64,000 bases of DNA from Felis catus (GCF_018350175.1 NC_058373.1:113834001-113898000); one strand, 5' to 3'; positions 37,440 through 50,156 are shown, counted from the stretch's first letter. The notes: a model not told the origin generated them from the sequence alone. Program-made: numbers and translations.

Positions 37440-37930
37440 AATAACAACCACAGATAACACTTATTGAAGGCTTACTGTGTTCGGGTAGAATGCCAAATGT
37501 ATTGTGTAGATTCCCTCGTTGAATCCTCCTATGACCCTCTGAGGTCTATACTATTAATATTCTATTTGATAGGTAGATATATGGAGGCACAGAGATGTTA
37601 AGTTACTTGCCCAAGTCCCACAGTCAATAAGAGGCATAGCTGGGACAGAAACCAGTTGTTTAACACTGGAGCCCATGTTCTTTTTTTTTTTTAATGTTTA
37701 TTTATTTTTGACACAGAGAGAGACAGAGCATGAGTGGGGGAGGGGCAGAGAGAGAGGGAGACACAGAATCCGAAGCAGGCTCCAGGCTCTGAGCTGTCAG
37801 CACAGAGCCCGACGCGGGGCTCGAACTCACAGACTGCAAGATCGTGACCTGAGCCGAAGTCAGGCACTCAACCGACTGAGCCACCCAGGCACCCCTGGAG
37901 CCCATGTTCTTAACCACTATACTATGCTAC
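37440..37930 (-). mobile_element. MIR nested in L3
   Basis: acacttattgaaggcttactgtg...gaggcacagagatgttaagttacttgcccaag...ttaaccactatactatgct. Confidence 0.85.
37683..37895 (-). mobile_element. Young SINEC_Fc nested in MIR
   Basis: Perfect 16-bp TSD tggagcccatgttctt at 37667-37682 and 37896-37911. Confidence 0.97.
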
Positions 37931-38235
37931 CAGAGCCAGTGAGTCAGAATTTTACAGAGGTCAATATAAAGTCCTACACTTAGGCTAAGAAAATACTACA
38001 TTAAGTCCAAAAAAGGCAGGTGGGAGTTCGGTTTGATATCAAGTAATGGGGGAAAGTTTTAGGGATGTTTGTTGATGGGAAATACAACATGAGCCAATAT
38101 TGTCATGTACTTGCTTCAAGAAAACAGCAATGAGTTCTGTACTCTGAGTGAGAGAGAATGGAGCCTAATTCATGTCTGCACAGAAGTTCTTCTTGGAATT
38201 CTTGGTGAGGACTGCAAAAAGGGCCAGAATGCTCT

Positions 38236-38475
38236 CCTCCTCCTCCTCCTCCTCCTCCTCCTCCTCCTCCTCCTCCTTCACATTTATTTATTTTTGAGAG
38301 ACAGAGAGAGACAGAATGTGAGCAGGGGAGGGGGAGGGACAGAGAGAATCCCAAACAGGCTCCAGGCTCTGAGCTGTCAGCACAGAGCCTGACATGGGGT
38401 TTGAACTCATGAACTGTGAGATCATAGCCTGAGCTGAAGTTGGACACTTAATTGACTGAGCCACCCAGGCGCCCC
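38236..38475 (-). mobile_element. SINEC_Fc with (GGA)n tail
   Basis: CanSINE body; (CTC)~14 at 38234-38277; TSD core ccagaatgYtct at 38224 and 38480. Confidence 0.93.
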
Positions 38476-39489
38476 ATGACCAGAATGTTCTGTAGCAGGA
38501 GGCCCCTCATGGAAGCCTTAGGGCAGGGGAATTGTGTTAGCCCTGGTACTTGTCAACTGTAACTCCAGTGGGGGCAACCAAGCCAGTGGGGCACTCTTGT
38601 CTCTGAAATGCCCTGCCTCTGTAGGGAATTGTGTGAAGAAGACTCTTCTAGCATTGAGGGCTCTAGGGAGTCCAGATGACTTACAAAGTCCCCCTCCCTA
38701 AGATTCTCTGAGATCAGTGAAGACTTGCATTGATGAACAACAACTCTGAGTTAAGCAAGTCAATGATTTAAGGCCTGAGTTTGAGCAACGAGAGATGGTC
38801 AGTGTTCTGAGAATTATGGCTGGTCATATTCTGGAGGTGGCTTTGCTCCAGCTGTTTGTTCACCAGTGTTTTGAGTTAAAGGGAATGACAGTCTACAAAT
38901 TTATGCACAAGGCACTTCACAGAATAGAAGAAGCCAACTTCTGGCCTCTGATATCCACATGCAACAAATATAGCTTGTGTTCTTCCCCCAGGACTCAATT
39001 TGTAAGCCTCTTTATTGCATTGTGCTGTAGTAAACAATTTCCCAGTTTTGTGGGCAATCTGTGAAACCATCTTTCCCTTTATTTCAACTTTGTTGTTGTT
39101 GTTGTTTTACATTTATACTGTGAATTAAATGGACCCTTAGGGGTTCCAATTATGTTATGGAAAAAAAGAACTTGGGAGTTCTGAGAACCTGAAGGACATT
39201 TTGTTTTCCTCAGCTAGATATTTAGGACCTTTAGGACTGGGTTATCATTTTCCCCAAATTTCAAGATTAATCATTCCTGTCACCTCAAATGGCAGCGATA
39301 GTGCATTCAACTCTTTTCTGAGTTATTCTCATAATAACTCTTTATTCTTCTGTGGTGTTTTAAATTTTACAAAATGCTATTTTACACACAATAATCATCT
39401 CAAGTAATCCTGTTTGGAAGATAGAACAGAGTAGACAGGTAATATTGTGAGAAACCAAGAACACGAAACTCAGAGAGTGGTGGTGGTAA

Positions 39490-39725
39490 CAATTATAACA
39501 GATGGTTTTTGAACACCAACTCTGTGCCAACTATCTGCAATAGTTTATTTAATCTTTGTAATAATAGTTCTGGAGTTAGGTGTTAATTTCTTCATTTGGG
39601 GATGGGGAAGCTGTGGCTCAAGAGCATAACTTGACCAAGGTCACACAGTAGTGTAGAAGTAGAAGTAGAAGAACCAGAATCAAAGCCAGAACTTTTTGAT
39701 TTTGAAATCCATGTTCTCCATCAAT
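39490..39725 (-). mobile_element. MIR SINE
   Basis: gatggggaagctgtggctcaagagcataacttgaccaaggtcacacag. Confidence 0.75.
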
Positions 39726-40418
39726 ACATTATTACTACCAGCGAGGTTATGAACCTGCCAGGGCCATCTGGCTGCCCAGTGGCCTAGGCAGGGTCAGAAT
39801 CTGTGTCTTTAGACTGTTTAGCACATTTTCTACTGTACACTGCAGCTGTTTCACTGGTTTTCATTAACAATTGGTTCTTTTCAATACATAAAGAGGAAAC
39901 AAATGAAAATGGATCCAAACCATACCCTTATAACCCAAGAGGAACTCACTCAGAACCTTAAAGAATCCTAGGCGATTGTGAGATTTTTAAGTGCCTAATG
40001 TTCTCTTCATATTCTGTTTATTCTTCACCACCACTGCTATTAGTTAATGCAGGTGGTTCTTGGCTGATAGTGATTCACATGCGAGCCTGTGCCAGGTACG
40101 CCTATTTTACTGTGCTTGGAATTTATAGAGGCAGTATGTTTCTTAGTCAGTTTTTGGGAAGTAAGTTCCGGTATTAACTGTAGCAGAAAAACAAACAGGA
40201 GAGGCAATGAGGTTCAGCAGAAAGAGCTCAGACCAACCTTTGGCATCAGTCCAAGCAGAGTTAAAAATCCCAGCTCAGCCTCTTCCTAAAGGAGGTAGCT
40301 TAAGTAAGTTACTGAATCTCACTAAAAATCTGTTTCTGCATTTTAAAATGGAAATACCATTTGACTCATGGGTTTGTTATAAAGAACAAATGGAAAGGGT
40401 AATTTAATGTTGATTGGG

Positions 40419-41382
40419 TTTTTTAGCCATTCTAACAGGTGTAAAGTGAAATTTCATTGTGGTTTTGATTGCATTTCCCTGACATTTAGTGATGTCGAAC
40501 ATCTTTTCATATGTCTGTTGGCCATTTGTATATCTTCTTTGCAAAAATGTCTATTCAGGTCCTCTGCCTATTTTTTAATCAGATTGTTTGTTTTTTGGTA
40601 TTGGGTTATATACATTCTTTATGTATTTTGGATATTAACCCCTTATTGGATTTATCATTTGCAAATATCTTCTCCCATTCAGTAGGTTGTCTTTTTATTT
40701 TGTTGTTGGTTTCCGTTGCTGTGCAAAAGCGTTTATTTTGATATAATCCAATAGTTTATTTTTGCTTTTGTTTCCCTTACGTTAGGAGACATATCTAGAA
40801 AAATGTTGCTATGGCTGATGTCAGAGCAATTACTGCCTTTGCTCTCTTCTAAGGACTTCTGTGGTTTCAGGTCTCACATTTAGGTCTTTAATTCATTTTG
40901 AGTTTATTTTTGTGTATGGTGTTTAAAGGTAGTCTGGCTTCATTCTTTTACATATAGCTGTTCAGTTTTCCCAGCACCATTTATTGAAATGATTGTTTTC
41001 CCCATTGTATAATCTTGCTTCCTTTGCAATAGATTAATTGACCATATAATTGTGGATTTGTTTCTGGGCTCTCTATCCTGTTCTGTTGATCTCTGTGTCT
41101 ATTTTTGTGCCAGTGCCATATTGTTTTGATGACTATGGCTTTGTAGTATATCTTGAAATCTGGAATTGTGATACTTCCAGCTTTGTTCTTCTTTCTCAAG
41201 ATTGCTTTGGCTATTTAGTATCTTTTGTGGTGCCATACAAATTTTAGTGTTATTTTTTCTAGTTTTTATGAAAAATGCTGTTAGTATTTTGTTAGGGATT
41301 GCATTGAATCTGTTGATTGCTTTGGGTACACCTGAAACCAATGTAACATTATGTGTCAACTATACTCCAATTAAAAAAAAAA
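40419..41382 (+). mobile_element. Carnivore L1 insertion with 5' inversion (ORF2 segment 40419-41327 antisense; 3' end 41327-41382 sense)
   Basis: Minus-strand ORF 40981-41199 [33 protein letters not shown] is ORF2p; sense L1 3' terminus gtacacctgaaaccaatgtaacattatgtgtcaactatac plus A tail; degenerate TSD atgttKaYtggg at 40407 and 41384; sits in a MIR. Confidence 0.9.
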
Positions 41383-41789
41383 TATGTTTACTGGGCCTGT
41401 AGTATATAGTAGGTGGTGTGTATGCATTTACATCATTAATTACAGCATTAATCTTCGTTAAAGCCTTAGGAGGTAGGTATTATTAGGTATTATCCCACTT
41501 TGAACCACTTGACAGATAAGGAAACTGAATCTCAAGATTTTATAACTTTCCCAATGTAAACTCCACTTTAGTACCTTGTAAATGTTTAAGAGGGCATCAA
41601 GTCAAACATACCTATTTCAGTTTCCCAGAAGCCATGAAATATCCCTAACTTTCCCTAAAAGTTTTCCCAGATAAAGCTGTCAAAGCGTAAAGAATCCCAT
41701 CTAAGTTCCATTATTCTGGCTGTTCCTTCACCTTTTTATTTGTTGTTATAAAATTAAATCTAGAATTTCATAGAAATTTAATGTATGAT

Positions 41790-42350
41790 ATTCCTCTGTT
41801 GTTTGGATTACCTCCTCCATCATCAGGGATTAAGAGAGGGATAAGATCCCATTTCCCTGGCCTTCCTCTCCTCCACCAACAGGGTCAAAAGGGGTCCAGA
41901 CAGTCATCCCTCTCTGACCCCACTCTCAGCCTCATCCCCAATATCTGCCTCCAATAATGCAGCTCTGATCTCCATATTCTTGACCACTATTTAGATGTCA
42001 CCACAAGAAACCCAGCTCATAGGAAACCCTTTATCTCCCAAACTCTGATTTTTCTCTTCTACCTCTTTGCCACTCCTTCCCAAGTCCCGTGTCCCCTAGA
42101 ATTCAGAATGCAGCATCAGCAGAATCTTCTATATTCCCAACCTCTTCTTGGAACATTCCTTTCATGTTCTAACTCCAACAGAAATATGTCTCTCTCCTGA
42201 GCATATTGCCCCCATGGTGGTGGCAGTTTTGTTTTCTACCATCTCCTGCCACTAGGCTGGGATGCTGGGTGGGTGTCATCCTTTTCCTAGTTGCTGCTTT
42301 CAGATCGTTCTTCATCCCTCATTCCTAGCTTTGAATCTCACGCTGTCAGT
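41790..42350 (+). mobile_element. L2 5'/endonuclease-region fragment
   Basis: Translation near 42139: NLFLEHSFHVLTPTEICLSPE (cf. LLALTETWL); downstream gggtgggtgtc (cf. GGGV) and agctttgaatctcac (SFESH). Confidence 0.65.
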
Positions 42351-44419
42351 AATATGGAGATATCAGAGAGCTTAATCCTGCACAATATAAAGATGTGTCA
42401 TTGGTGGTTGATTAAGATCCTTTGTAAAGGTCCCTTGATCAAGAACATAACTGCTTTCTCAGTCAGTCAGTGTTCTATGACGAGGGTGTGTAGGACAGGG
42501 GAAGTAGGTTCTTCCATTGGGCTGACTGGCAGTTGGAACCTTAGTCCACTCAGAGTACAAGGACTGCTGTGTTAGTAGATGGACACCTCGTCTGAAGCGT
42601 GCTACTAAGATCTGCTTCAAACATTGAACATATACAATCCTTGCCCTACCCTGATAGTCACAAGATTTTTTACTTGGTGGGACTATGCAGTATGGGCCAA
42701 GCCAAATACATCAACCTCATTTTCATAGTCTTTGGGGAGGAGTGGGACCTGAACAATGTGGTGCAGAGAGTGGGACACTCATGTAGAAGAATATTTTTCT
42801 AAAACTGTGGAAGTCATGGAAGACTCAGGGTCTGGAATATGAAGTGTTTGTCTACCTAATTTTGAAAGGACAACTTTGTATAAATTAGCAGGGCCCTCTT
42901 GTTTAAGGTTAGTCTCAAGCAAGTAAGAGGGCCTTGTTGGATTTCTCCATAATTCTCAGTAGTTCCCAGAGGTCAGAACTGTTCCTTATCTAGAAGTAGC
43001 AGGTCTTTAGATTATAGACCTAATGGGGATATAACTTTAATGTTGTATAGTTAAACCAACTTCACACTATTTACAAGACATGTCATACAACACCAAAAAC
43101 AAGAAATTAGAGTATGTGGAAACTATGCTACTAAAATTAAGCAGCATAAGGAAAATTAATATAAGCCTATAAGTCACAGCTTGACTTCTGTTTCAGGAGC
43201 TGACCCAGGGGCAGTGGAGCCAAAAACAATTTTAAGACCTGTTCTGTTCTGACTTGTAAAGGGTATTTGATGTTGTTCCTCCACCACCGTCTCACTTCCA
43301 AATTAGTACGAGGGGTTAGGAAAAAGATTGTAATTTTGCCTGATTCATTTCTGCTCTTTGATTCTGGCTTCGGTAAGGTAAGATGTCTATTTTTTGTTAA
43401 GTATTCTTGGCAGTTGGCAGTGCATTTCATAGCAGTTTATGTGGCTGCCAGTAATATTTGTGACACTCTGAGGATGGGCACCCGACAAATATGTGCTCGT
43501 TAGAAAGCATGCCAGTTTGTAAGTGATGACTTAATTTTTTTATGGACAAGAGTGCTGGTGGTATGGCATTGACATTGACTTATGTCTATTTAATTAAGAG
43601 GCAGAAATTTCAAATGTATAATTGTGACATCAGTATACTGGTCTTTGTTTAGAGAGGACAAACACATCAGAACTGTGAAAAATGTCCCTATTTAAATCAG
43701 AAAATTCATATTTCTATATTGAAAAAATAGGCATAGTTAAAAGCTTGGATTTGTAGAATTTTCAGCGTAAAGATACAATGTGTTAGACAGTAGGGTGTAT
43801 GGATAGTATCAAGGTATGGTATTCCCACTTGGCACTGCTAGACACGGGGGGATTACGCAGTCGAATGTAGATGTTGTTGTGGCCAGTGGCAGGGGAGCAC
43901 TCGTGGTTCAATAAAGCACAAAGTCTGGTGACAGGGCGGTGGGAAAATCCCTACGTTCTGACAGACTAGGTAGGTGGATGCGAGGCCGACAGCAGAGATA
44001 CTTTCAGAATTAGAGAAAAACTACAAAATTCTAAAAAGATTAGTAAGGAGAAAAGGAACTTCTGAGTAGCTAAAGCACCTAGCATGGGAGTGTTGTTTTG
44101 ACAGAGCCCCCGAATCTTCTGTATCAAATCTTCTAAGTTCATTTGGGAGCAGGAGAATTTGTTTTTTTGTTTTTGTTTTTGTTTTTTTTACCCATGAGAA
44201 TGCTTTATGAAGGAGAATTGTAGGAAACTGGAATTATTCTAAAGAAATTTGCTCTAACCTAAACCCGATTAGACTTCATCTGGTCCACAGGATGTCTTTC
44301 CCTTTATCCCACTCAGTTACCTTATGATAGAAAGGGTGTCCTCTAGAGGAGCGTGGTGACACATTCACAAATGGGGCTTTGAAAACATTCTCAAAAGTCC
44401 CAAAGCCTCTGCCCTTTTT

Positions 44420-44800
44420 TTGTAGATCTTCAGAGGTGGTGGAGAGCCCACGGCCTCCTTTAGTAACCTTGCCCTTAGTTAAACTCTGTCTGACTGTAAA
44501 GATACACTTTTTTTGTGTCTGTCCTAAATCCTTTGTATTATCTTTTGGGCCCTCTTCTTTCTGCTCTATCTTCACAAGGGATGGAAAGCAGCTGGTTGCT
44601 ATTCTTTGCTTAAGAATCCTTGTATACTTGAAGAAACTGATTAAATCACCCCCTCTGACTTTGGGTTGTTAGATAGAATCATTCCTATCTCTTTAGTATT
44701 CTATATGTCTTATTTTCCAAGTCTAATCAGCTTTGCGCCTCTCCTAGAAGCCATCTGTATCCCAGAGCTTGATGCTGTCGTCCGTAGGGTCTGACTAATT
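44420..44800 (-). mobile_element. L3/CR1-like 3' fragment
   Basis: Antisense CR1-type tatacttgaagaaactgattaaatcacccc...agggtctgacta. Confidence 0.6.
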
Positions 44801-44884
44801 CTTTAATAAAAAGAAGATTGTTTTGTGATTCCTAAGTACTTTTTCTTATGAATCTCATTGTCTTGCTTGATTTTTTTAACTTGT

Positions 44885-45272
44885 AATTTTTAATTGAGCT
44901 GTGATTCATAAACCCATTTAAAGTGCACAATTTGGTGGGGTTTTTTTTAGTATATTCACTAGGTGTATAACCATTGCTATGATCTAATTTTAGAATATTT
45001 TCATTGCCCCAGAAAGGAAACTTGGTGCCTGTTAACAATCACTCTCCCCTCCCAATTTCTGGCAACCACTGATCTATTTCCTGTGTCTATTGATTTGCAA
45101 ATTCTGGACACTTCATGTAAATGGAATCAGGCAGTACGTGTTTCTTTTGAGTCTGGCTTTTTTCCTTTTAATGTTTTCAAGATTCATTCATGTTGTAGCA
45201 TAAGTCGGGACTTCATTCCTTTTTATGGCTGAATAATATTCCATTGTATGGACGACCATATTTTCTTTATTC
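44885..45272 (-). mobile_element. L1MB-like 3' end
   Basis: cccatttaaagtgcacaatt...ggcaaccactgatcta...ttctggacacttcatgtaaatggaatca...ggctgaataatattccattgtatgg. Confidence 0.88.
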
Positions 45273-45809
45273 TTGCTTGCTTGTTAAACTTAGTACATTA
45301 GGGCCAAATAATCCATTCTGTTCCTCCTTCAGGGACATTCTGTCAAATTTGAGTTTTTGAACCTCATTTAACTTTTTAATTTTTGATTTTTTAGTTTATT
45401 AAGATCCTGTTGAGTCCCCACTTGTACTGCCTAATGCAGTATTAGTTATACATGGAAGAAAAGATCCAAAGCCAGCTTGCAAATCTGCCTAGAACATGAC
45501 TTGTTCCATTTTTTTGAATAGATATATTTCATTATGTGATGAATATGACAACCCCCTTTCATTCATCAGGGTTTCATTCCTCCCAAGTTTGGACATTCAC
45601 TAATAGTCTTAGAGAACAATACTTGTCAAAGCATGCTAGCTGGCTTCCTACAGTGGTCCCGGGTGGGGGTGGGCAAGGGTGTTTGATGGCAGATCCTCAG
45701 TTATTACAAAACCTCCTTCCTGTCACTGATGGTGATCATTTGTTCTGTCTTCATGAGGAGCAGACACACAGAATCATTTAAAAGAGCTTGATTTACCCCT
45801 ATGATCACA

Positions 45810-46000
45810 AGACAAATTTGAGTCTGTGGCTTGGCTGTGCCATCTGCCAGCAGTTGTACCCTGATTGTTGCATCTGTGAAATGGAGGAGTAATACCAACC
45901 TTGTAGGGTTTTCATGGTGTTTAAATGGAATAACTTTTGTAAAGCACTTACAAAGAATGCCTGGCATATGTTATGTGCTCAGTAAGTGATAGGTATTATT
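45810..46000 (+). mobile_element. MIR SINE
   Basis: catctgtgaaatggaggagtaatacc...gtaaagcactta...gcctggcatatg. Confidence 0.8.
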
Positions 46001-46849
46001 CTCATGTAGAGTCTTGAGAAACAAATGTTATAGTGGCCCTTGACCTCAAGGAGCTTAGTATTCTAATGGCAGAGACAAAAATGAAAATCAATAATCCTAA
46101 ATTTTAAGAACAAAATCAAAAACTTAGGAAAACGTACTGAGAAGGCATAGAAAATATAAAACAATATTTTCTATGTCATTTTAGTAAATATGGGGGCTAA
46201 GTTTAGAGAAAGTACCACTGATATCAAGAAAGAAATGTTTGTGTTTCTCAAATACCCATATGAGTTGGCATTTCTGTGAAGGCTAGAACTCCATTCTTTG
46301 CACCTCACTATGCCTGGAACTACCTCATAAAATGACTCCACAGAGTGGCTATCCAAGAGGTGTTTGCTGAATTGCTGTCTATCACAGCATTCTAGAACCA
46401 TCCTCGGTTCTTTTCTCACTGTCCATTCTCCCTGGGTGATCTCCTATTTATGTCTGTGGAATCCAGTCTTACCCTGACCAGTCTCACATCTCTGCCGCCG
46501 GCCCAGACTTCTCTCTGAAGCTCCAGGCCCATGTGTCCAAGTGTTTGCTGCAGATGTCCTACTCACTACATGTTGTGTTGCTGACAGCAGCTCCAATGCC
46601 CAAATCTGAACTGTTAGCCTTTCTTTCCAAAATTACCATCACTCGCATTTTTCCTCTCTTGGTCAGTGGGAAAAATTATCTACGTAGTTGCCTACATCAC
46701 AATTTGGGACCTTCCCACTCACATCCAACCAAGGATGTTTACATTCCTTTTTTTCCTTCTGGTTCAGGATCCCCTCCAAGATGGAGTTCCTTTCTCATTG
46801 CTAATTATCCTTGCCCAGCCCAAGGCCTGATCCAAGATACCCATGTTTT

Positions 46850-47064
46850 ATGTTTTTGTTTTAATATTTTTAAAGTTTATTTATTTATTTTGAGAGAGAG
46901 AGTACGCATGTGAGCCGGGGAGGAGCAGAGAAAGAGGGAGAGGGAGAGAATCCCAAGCAGGCTCCATGCTGTCAGTGCAGAGCCTGATGTAGGCCTCGAT
47001 CTCACAAGCCATGAGATCATGACCTGAGTCAGATGCTTAACTGACTGAGCCACCCAGGTACTCC
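46850..47064 (-). mobile_element. SINEC_Fc (older subfamily)
   Basis: TSD tccaagatacccatgtttt at 46831-46849 and 47062-47080. Confidence 0.96.
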
Positions 47065-49079
47065 AAGATACCCATGTTTTCAATGAATGTCTAATGAATA
47101 GGCGTTTTTTTCTATAGCTTTTCATTTTTTATTGAAAGGACACACACTCACAAATGTGTATGTGTGTGAGTACATACGTGTAGTGTTCACACTAATCCTT
47201 CAAGTTCACCACCTCCTCTCCAGTTCCCCAACTCCCTCATTTGATGGGTGAGAGTCTTAGGTTATGCAGGCCTGCAGGCATATGTCCTTGTTCTGGGCAT
47301 GTGGATTGAGAATTCTGCCATGATAACTCAAAATTCCTTCTGGCCAGTTAAGCCACATACTCCATGCTGCCAAACCATTCGCAGACATTGCTCAACCATT
47401 TTCCTTCTCCTTTGTTAACAAATTTTCAAAAACTAAAAATAATAATAATGATAATAATAATAATAAAGGAAAAAGAGAAAAAACTCTACCCTAAGAAATT
47501 ATTCTGGCCTTGATAAGAATATAGTTTGGACTCCCAGTTGACCATTTTCCATTCTGTCACTAGGATGTATTTGGAGAACAATAATAAATAACCCCCAAGT
47601 CCTGCCATTGTTTCTTTATGGTTTATGTTTCATGCTCTGCTGCTTGGCTGGCAGGGAAGGAGGCTTAGCTGACAAACCCAATTTCTGTAGCTGTGTTGAC
47701 ACCATACGTGATTCAAAGCCACAGTGAAAAATTACTAATCAACCTTGGACACATTTTTTGTTGTTGTTCTTCTTCTTGCTGAGAAACACACATGCACAAG
47801 CAAAGAAGTCCCATGTTTGCCAAGTGGGACCAAACTGTCCTTGTGTGGAATGAAAAAAACTTGTGGAACTGTAGTGGGTGAAATGATTTAAACCATAAAA
47901 AGCAAATGACTCTGTTTCCCTGGATTGCTTGGCCTTTTAAGTGCCTCCTTTGATGCAGTCTCCATCCTGCACGAAGCCTGTTGTGTTAATTAGTTATTTT
48001 CTTATCCTGAGATTGTACTGAAATGGCGTGACTCTGTTAACAGTACTTAGATGACTTCTCAAGGACAGCTTTTAGTTGGAAAAACTATTGCAAAAATAGC
48101 ATCTCTCCAGAATCCAGTTTTGTTCTTTCCCAATCACTCTCTAGGCCAATGTCTCATTAGCTGTGTAATTGATGCTGTTCTGCCTTTCTTGGCTCAACAC
48201 TGCTTCTGCCTGGTATATGTTCCTTCAGCTTGAGTGTCTGCCAAAATCCTACTCCTTCTTCAATGTCCAACTTAAATGTCACCTACTCTGAAAAGTCTTT
48301 CAGGTTCATACTATGCTTTTTTCATATTCTGTCCTGTCTTCTGGGTACGTAGTGTATGCATAGAAGGTGTCTGGTAAATATTCATTAAGTTGATGTTAAT
48401 ATATGGCTCAGGAGATTGCTAATTTTATACTACCACAATCTTGGTTTTTTATGTAAACAATAAAAACGTCTTAAAAAGCTATAGTTTTAAAAGCCTTAAT
48501 AGCATATGCAGAAAACACAGGAGAAAGGTACATTTGTTAAAGAAAAAAAATTTAGACACACTGTTGAGCAATTTAGAAAAAATTTTTTTTTCCTAAAATA
48601 TTGTACATTTAGAAGGACTGTACAAAGAAATAGAAAACAATATAGTGATGATACACGGTAACTAAATTGTGCTTTGGCAATTCATTGCTTCTAGATACCA
48701 CTGACTTACCTATACAAATGCAGGAACAAGGATGCACAAAACCTAACCCTACCTGTGTTCATATTTAATACACATTTTAGGATTCCTTTTCAGCTAATTT
48801 ATTTTTCTTACGTTTTACCTGGGTTCTTATTAAAGTTCGTTCTCCCTTATTAATAACTCCTCATTAAAGTTAGTAGTTAGAAATATGCCAGGAGGTAGGA
48901 GATAGCCAGTTCACATTTAAGTTTGCTGCAGAAAAGCTGCAAAACATCTACTTCCAGCCTAAATTGGGTGGCCTATAGTTTTACCAACCAAAGCATGGTC
49001 ATGGAATGCTAACTGAGGTAACCATCCCATAGGAACCGTGACACAATTCATTCACTGGTCAACATTCAGGACCGTAGTT

Positions 49080-49530
49080 GGAAATCATGCTTGGTTCTGT
49101 GACTTGTAATCAACAGGGAGGGGTTGAGTTGAGAGGTGGCTGAGAGTTTAGCCACAAAGGTGATTAAAGCATTGGGAATGAAGAACTAGGAGGGAATTTA
49201 GAGAAACTGGGATTAGTCAGCTTGGGAGGAAGGGAGGATAAAAGATAATTTAATAGCAATCTTTGCATACATGAAGATCCTTAGCAGAACATAGTGTTTT
49301 CCATCTCACCTGAGGACAACGCAAGAGGCTTAAACTATAGCTTGAAGGATTTGGGACATAAGGAAGTATCTAGTAGCAAGCAAAACTGGAGTAGACTACT
49401 GAGCAATATAGAATTTCCATCTCTGAGGATTAAAAACTATATACTCTATTCTCTGTGGGTGTTTTGAGATGAGTCTTGCTCGATGACAATGGCATAGATT
49501 TGATGGCTTCCCAGAATCCCATCAGTCATG
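49080..49530 (+). mobile_element. L3/CR1 3' portion
   Basis: gccacaaaggtgattaaag...gagaaactgggattagtcagcttgg...aatagcaatctttgcatacatgaag...gaatttccatctctgagg. Confidence 0.75.
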
Positions 49531-49599
49531 TGGTGTTTTTATTTTTAAAAGCTCCTTATGGGCCGCAGGAGAGAAGCAAGTAGACCAGTCAAGTCAGAA

Positions 49600-50000
49600 A
49601 GTGATAGAAGAAAGGGCACCAGGCTGAGAATTCAGGGAGCTTGATTGTTGTCTTGGGTGTGTGGTAATTAATTGGGTGATTTTGTGTTTATCACTTAACT
49701 CCTCTGTGCTTGAGTTTTCTCATCTGTAAAATGAGGGAACCCAGCTAAATGACTTAGAATGGAGTTTAAAAGATGGGAAACATCGCATTTAGTAAACATA
49801 GGTTAAGAGCCTTCTCTGGGCCAGCCATTGAGCAAAACCCCTTTACAAATTATCTCATTTCTAGATCATCCTATCCAACCCATTTTACAGATAATCGCAC
49901 AGAAGGCCAGAGAAACTAAGTGACTTACCAGTTTATACAGCTGCTCTCAGAGCTGGGTAGACCCTAAATCTTTTGACTGCCAGGTCAGTACTCTTTCACT
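49600..50000. mobile_element. Two adjacent MIRs in opposite orientation (+ then -)
   Basis: cacttaactcctctgtgcttgagttttctcatctgtaaaatgagg (+); cccattttacagataa...aagtgacttacc (-). Confidence 0.75.
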
Positions 50001-50156
50001 GAGCTGGGCCTTTGATAATCATGTTCTGATATAGTATTTGAGATTCTTTACTACTTTTTTTTTAACCTTCACTTCCCTTTTCTTCTTTGCAGAAATGTTT
50101 ATTGTGCCCTATTAATATGGCACTGTGCTGGGTGCTTGTCAAAAAAGTGGAACTTT

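Larger units (their letters stand above)
37170..38715 (+). mobile_element. L3/CR1 RT fragment interrupted by a MIR and two SINEC_Fc
   Basis: CR1-like cactcaaagttggaagagatggctaacaca...caggatttaaaaaagat; resumes as aatataaagtcctacacttagg (YKVLHLG) and aacatgagccaatattgt; CR1-like tail near 38680-38715. Confidence 0.7.

Noticed and set aside
38103..38447. Poly-Gly and poly-Leu ORFs
   Set aside because: Translation of a SINE plus its (CTC)n tail
43850..43950. Short matches to U1 snRNA (tggcaggggag forward; attacgcagtcgaat reverse)
   Set aside because: The matches are short and in conflicting orientations, so they do not form a colinear U1 pseudogene
50066..50100. Strong polypyrimidine tract plus CAG acceptor
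   Set aside because: Followed directly by L2-tail-like and SINE sequence with no convincing donor or coding frame
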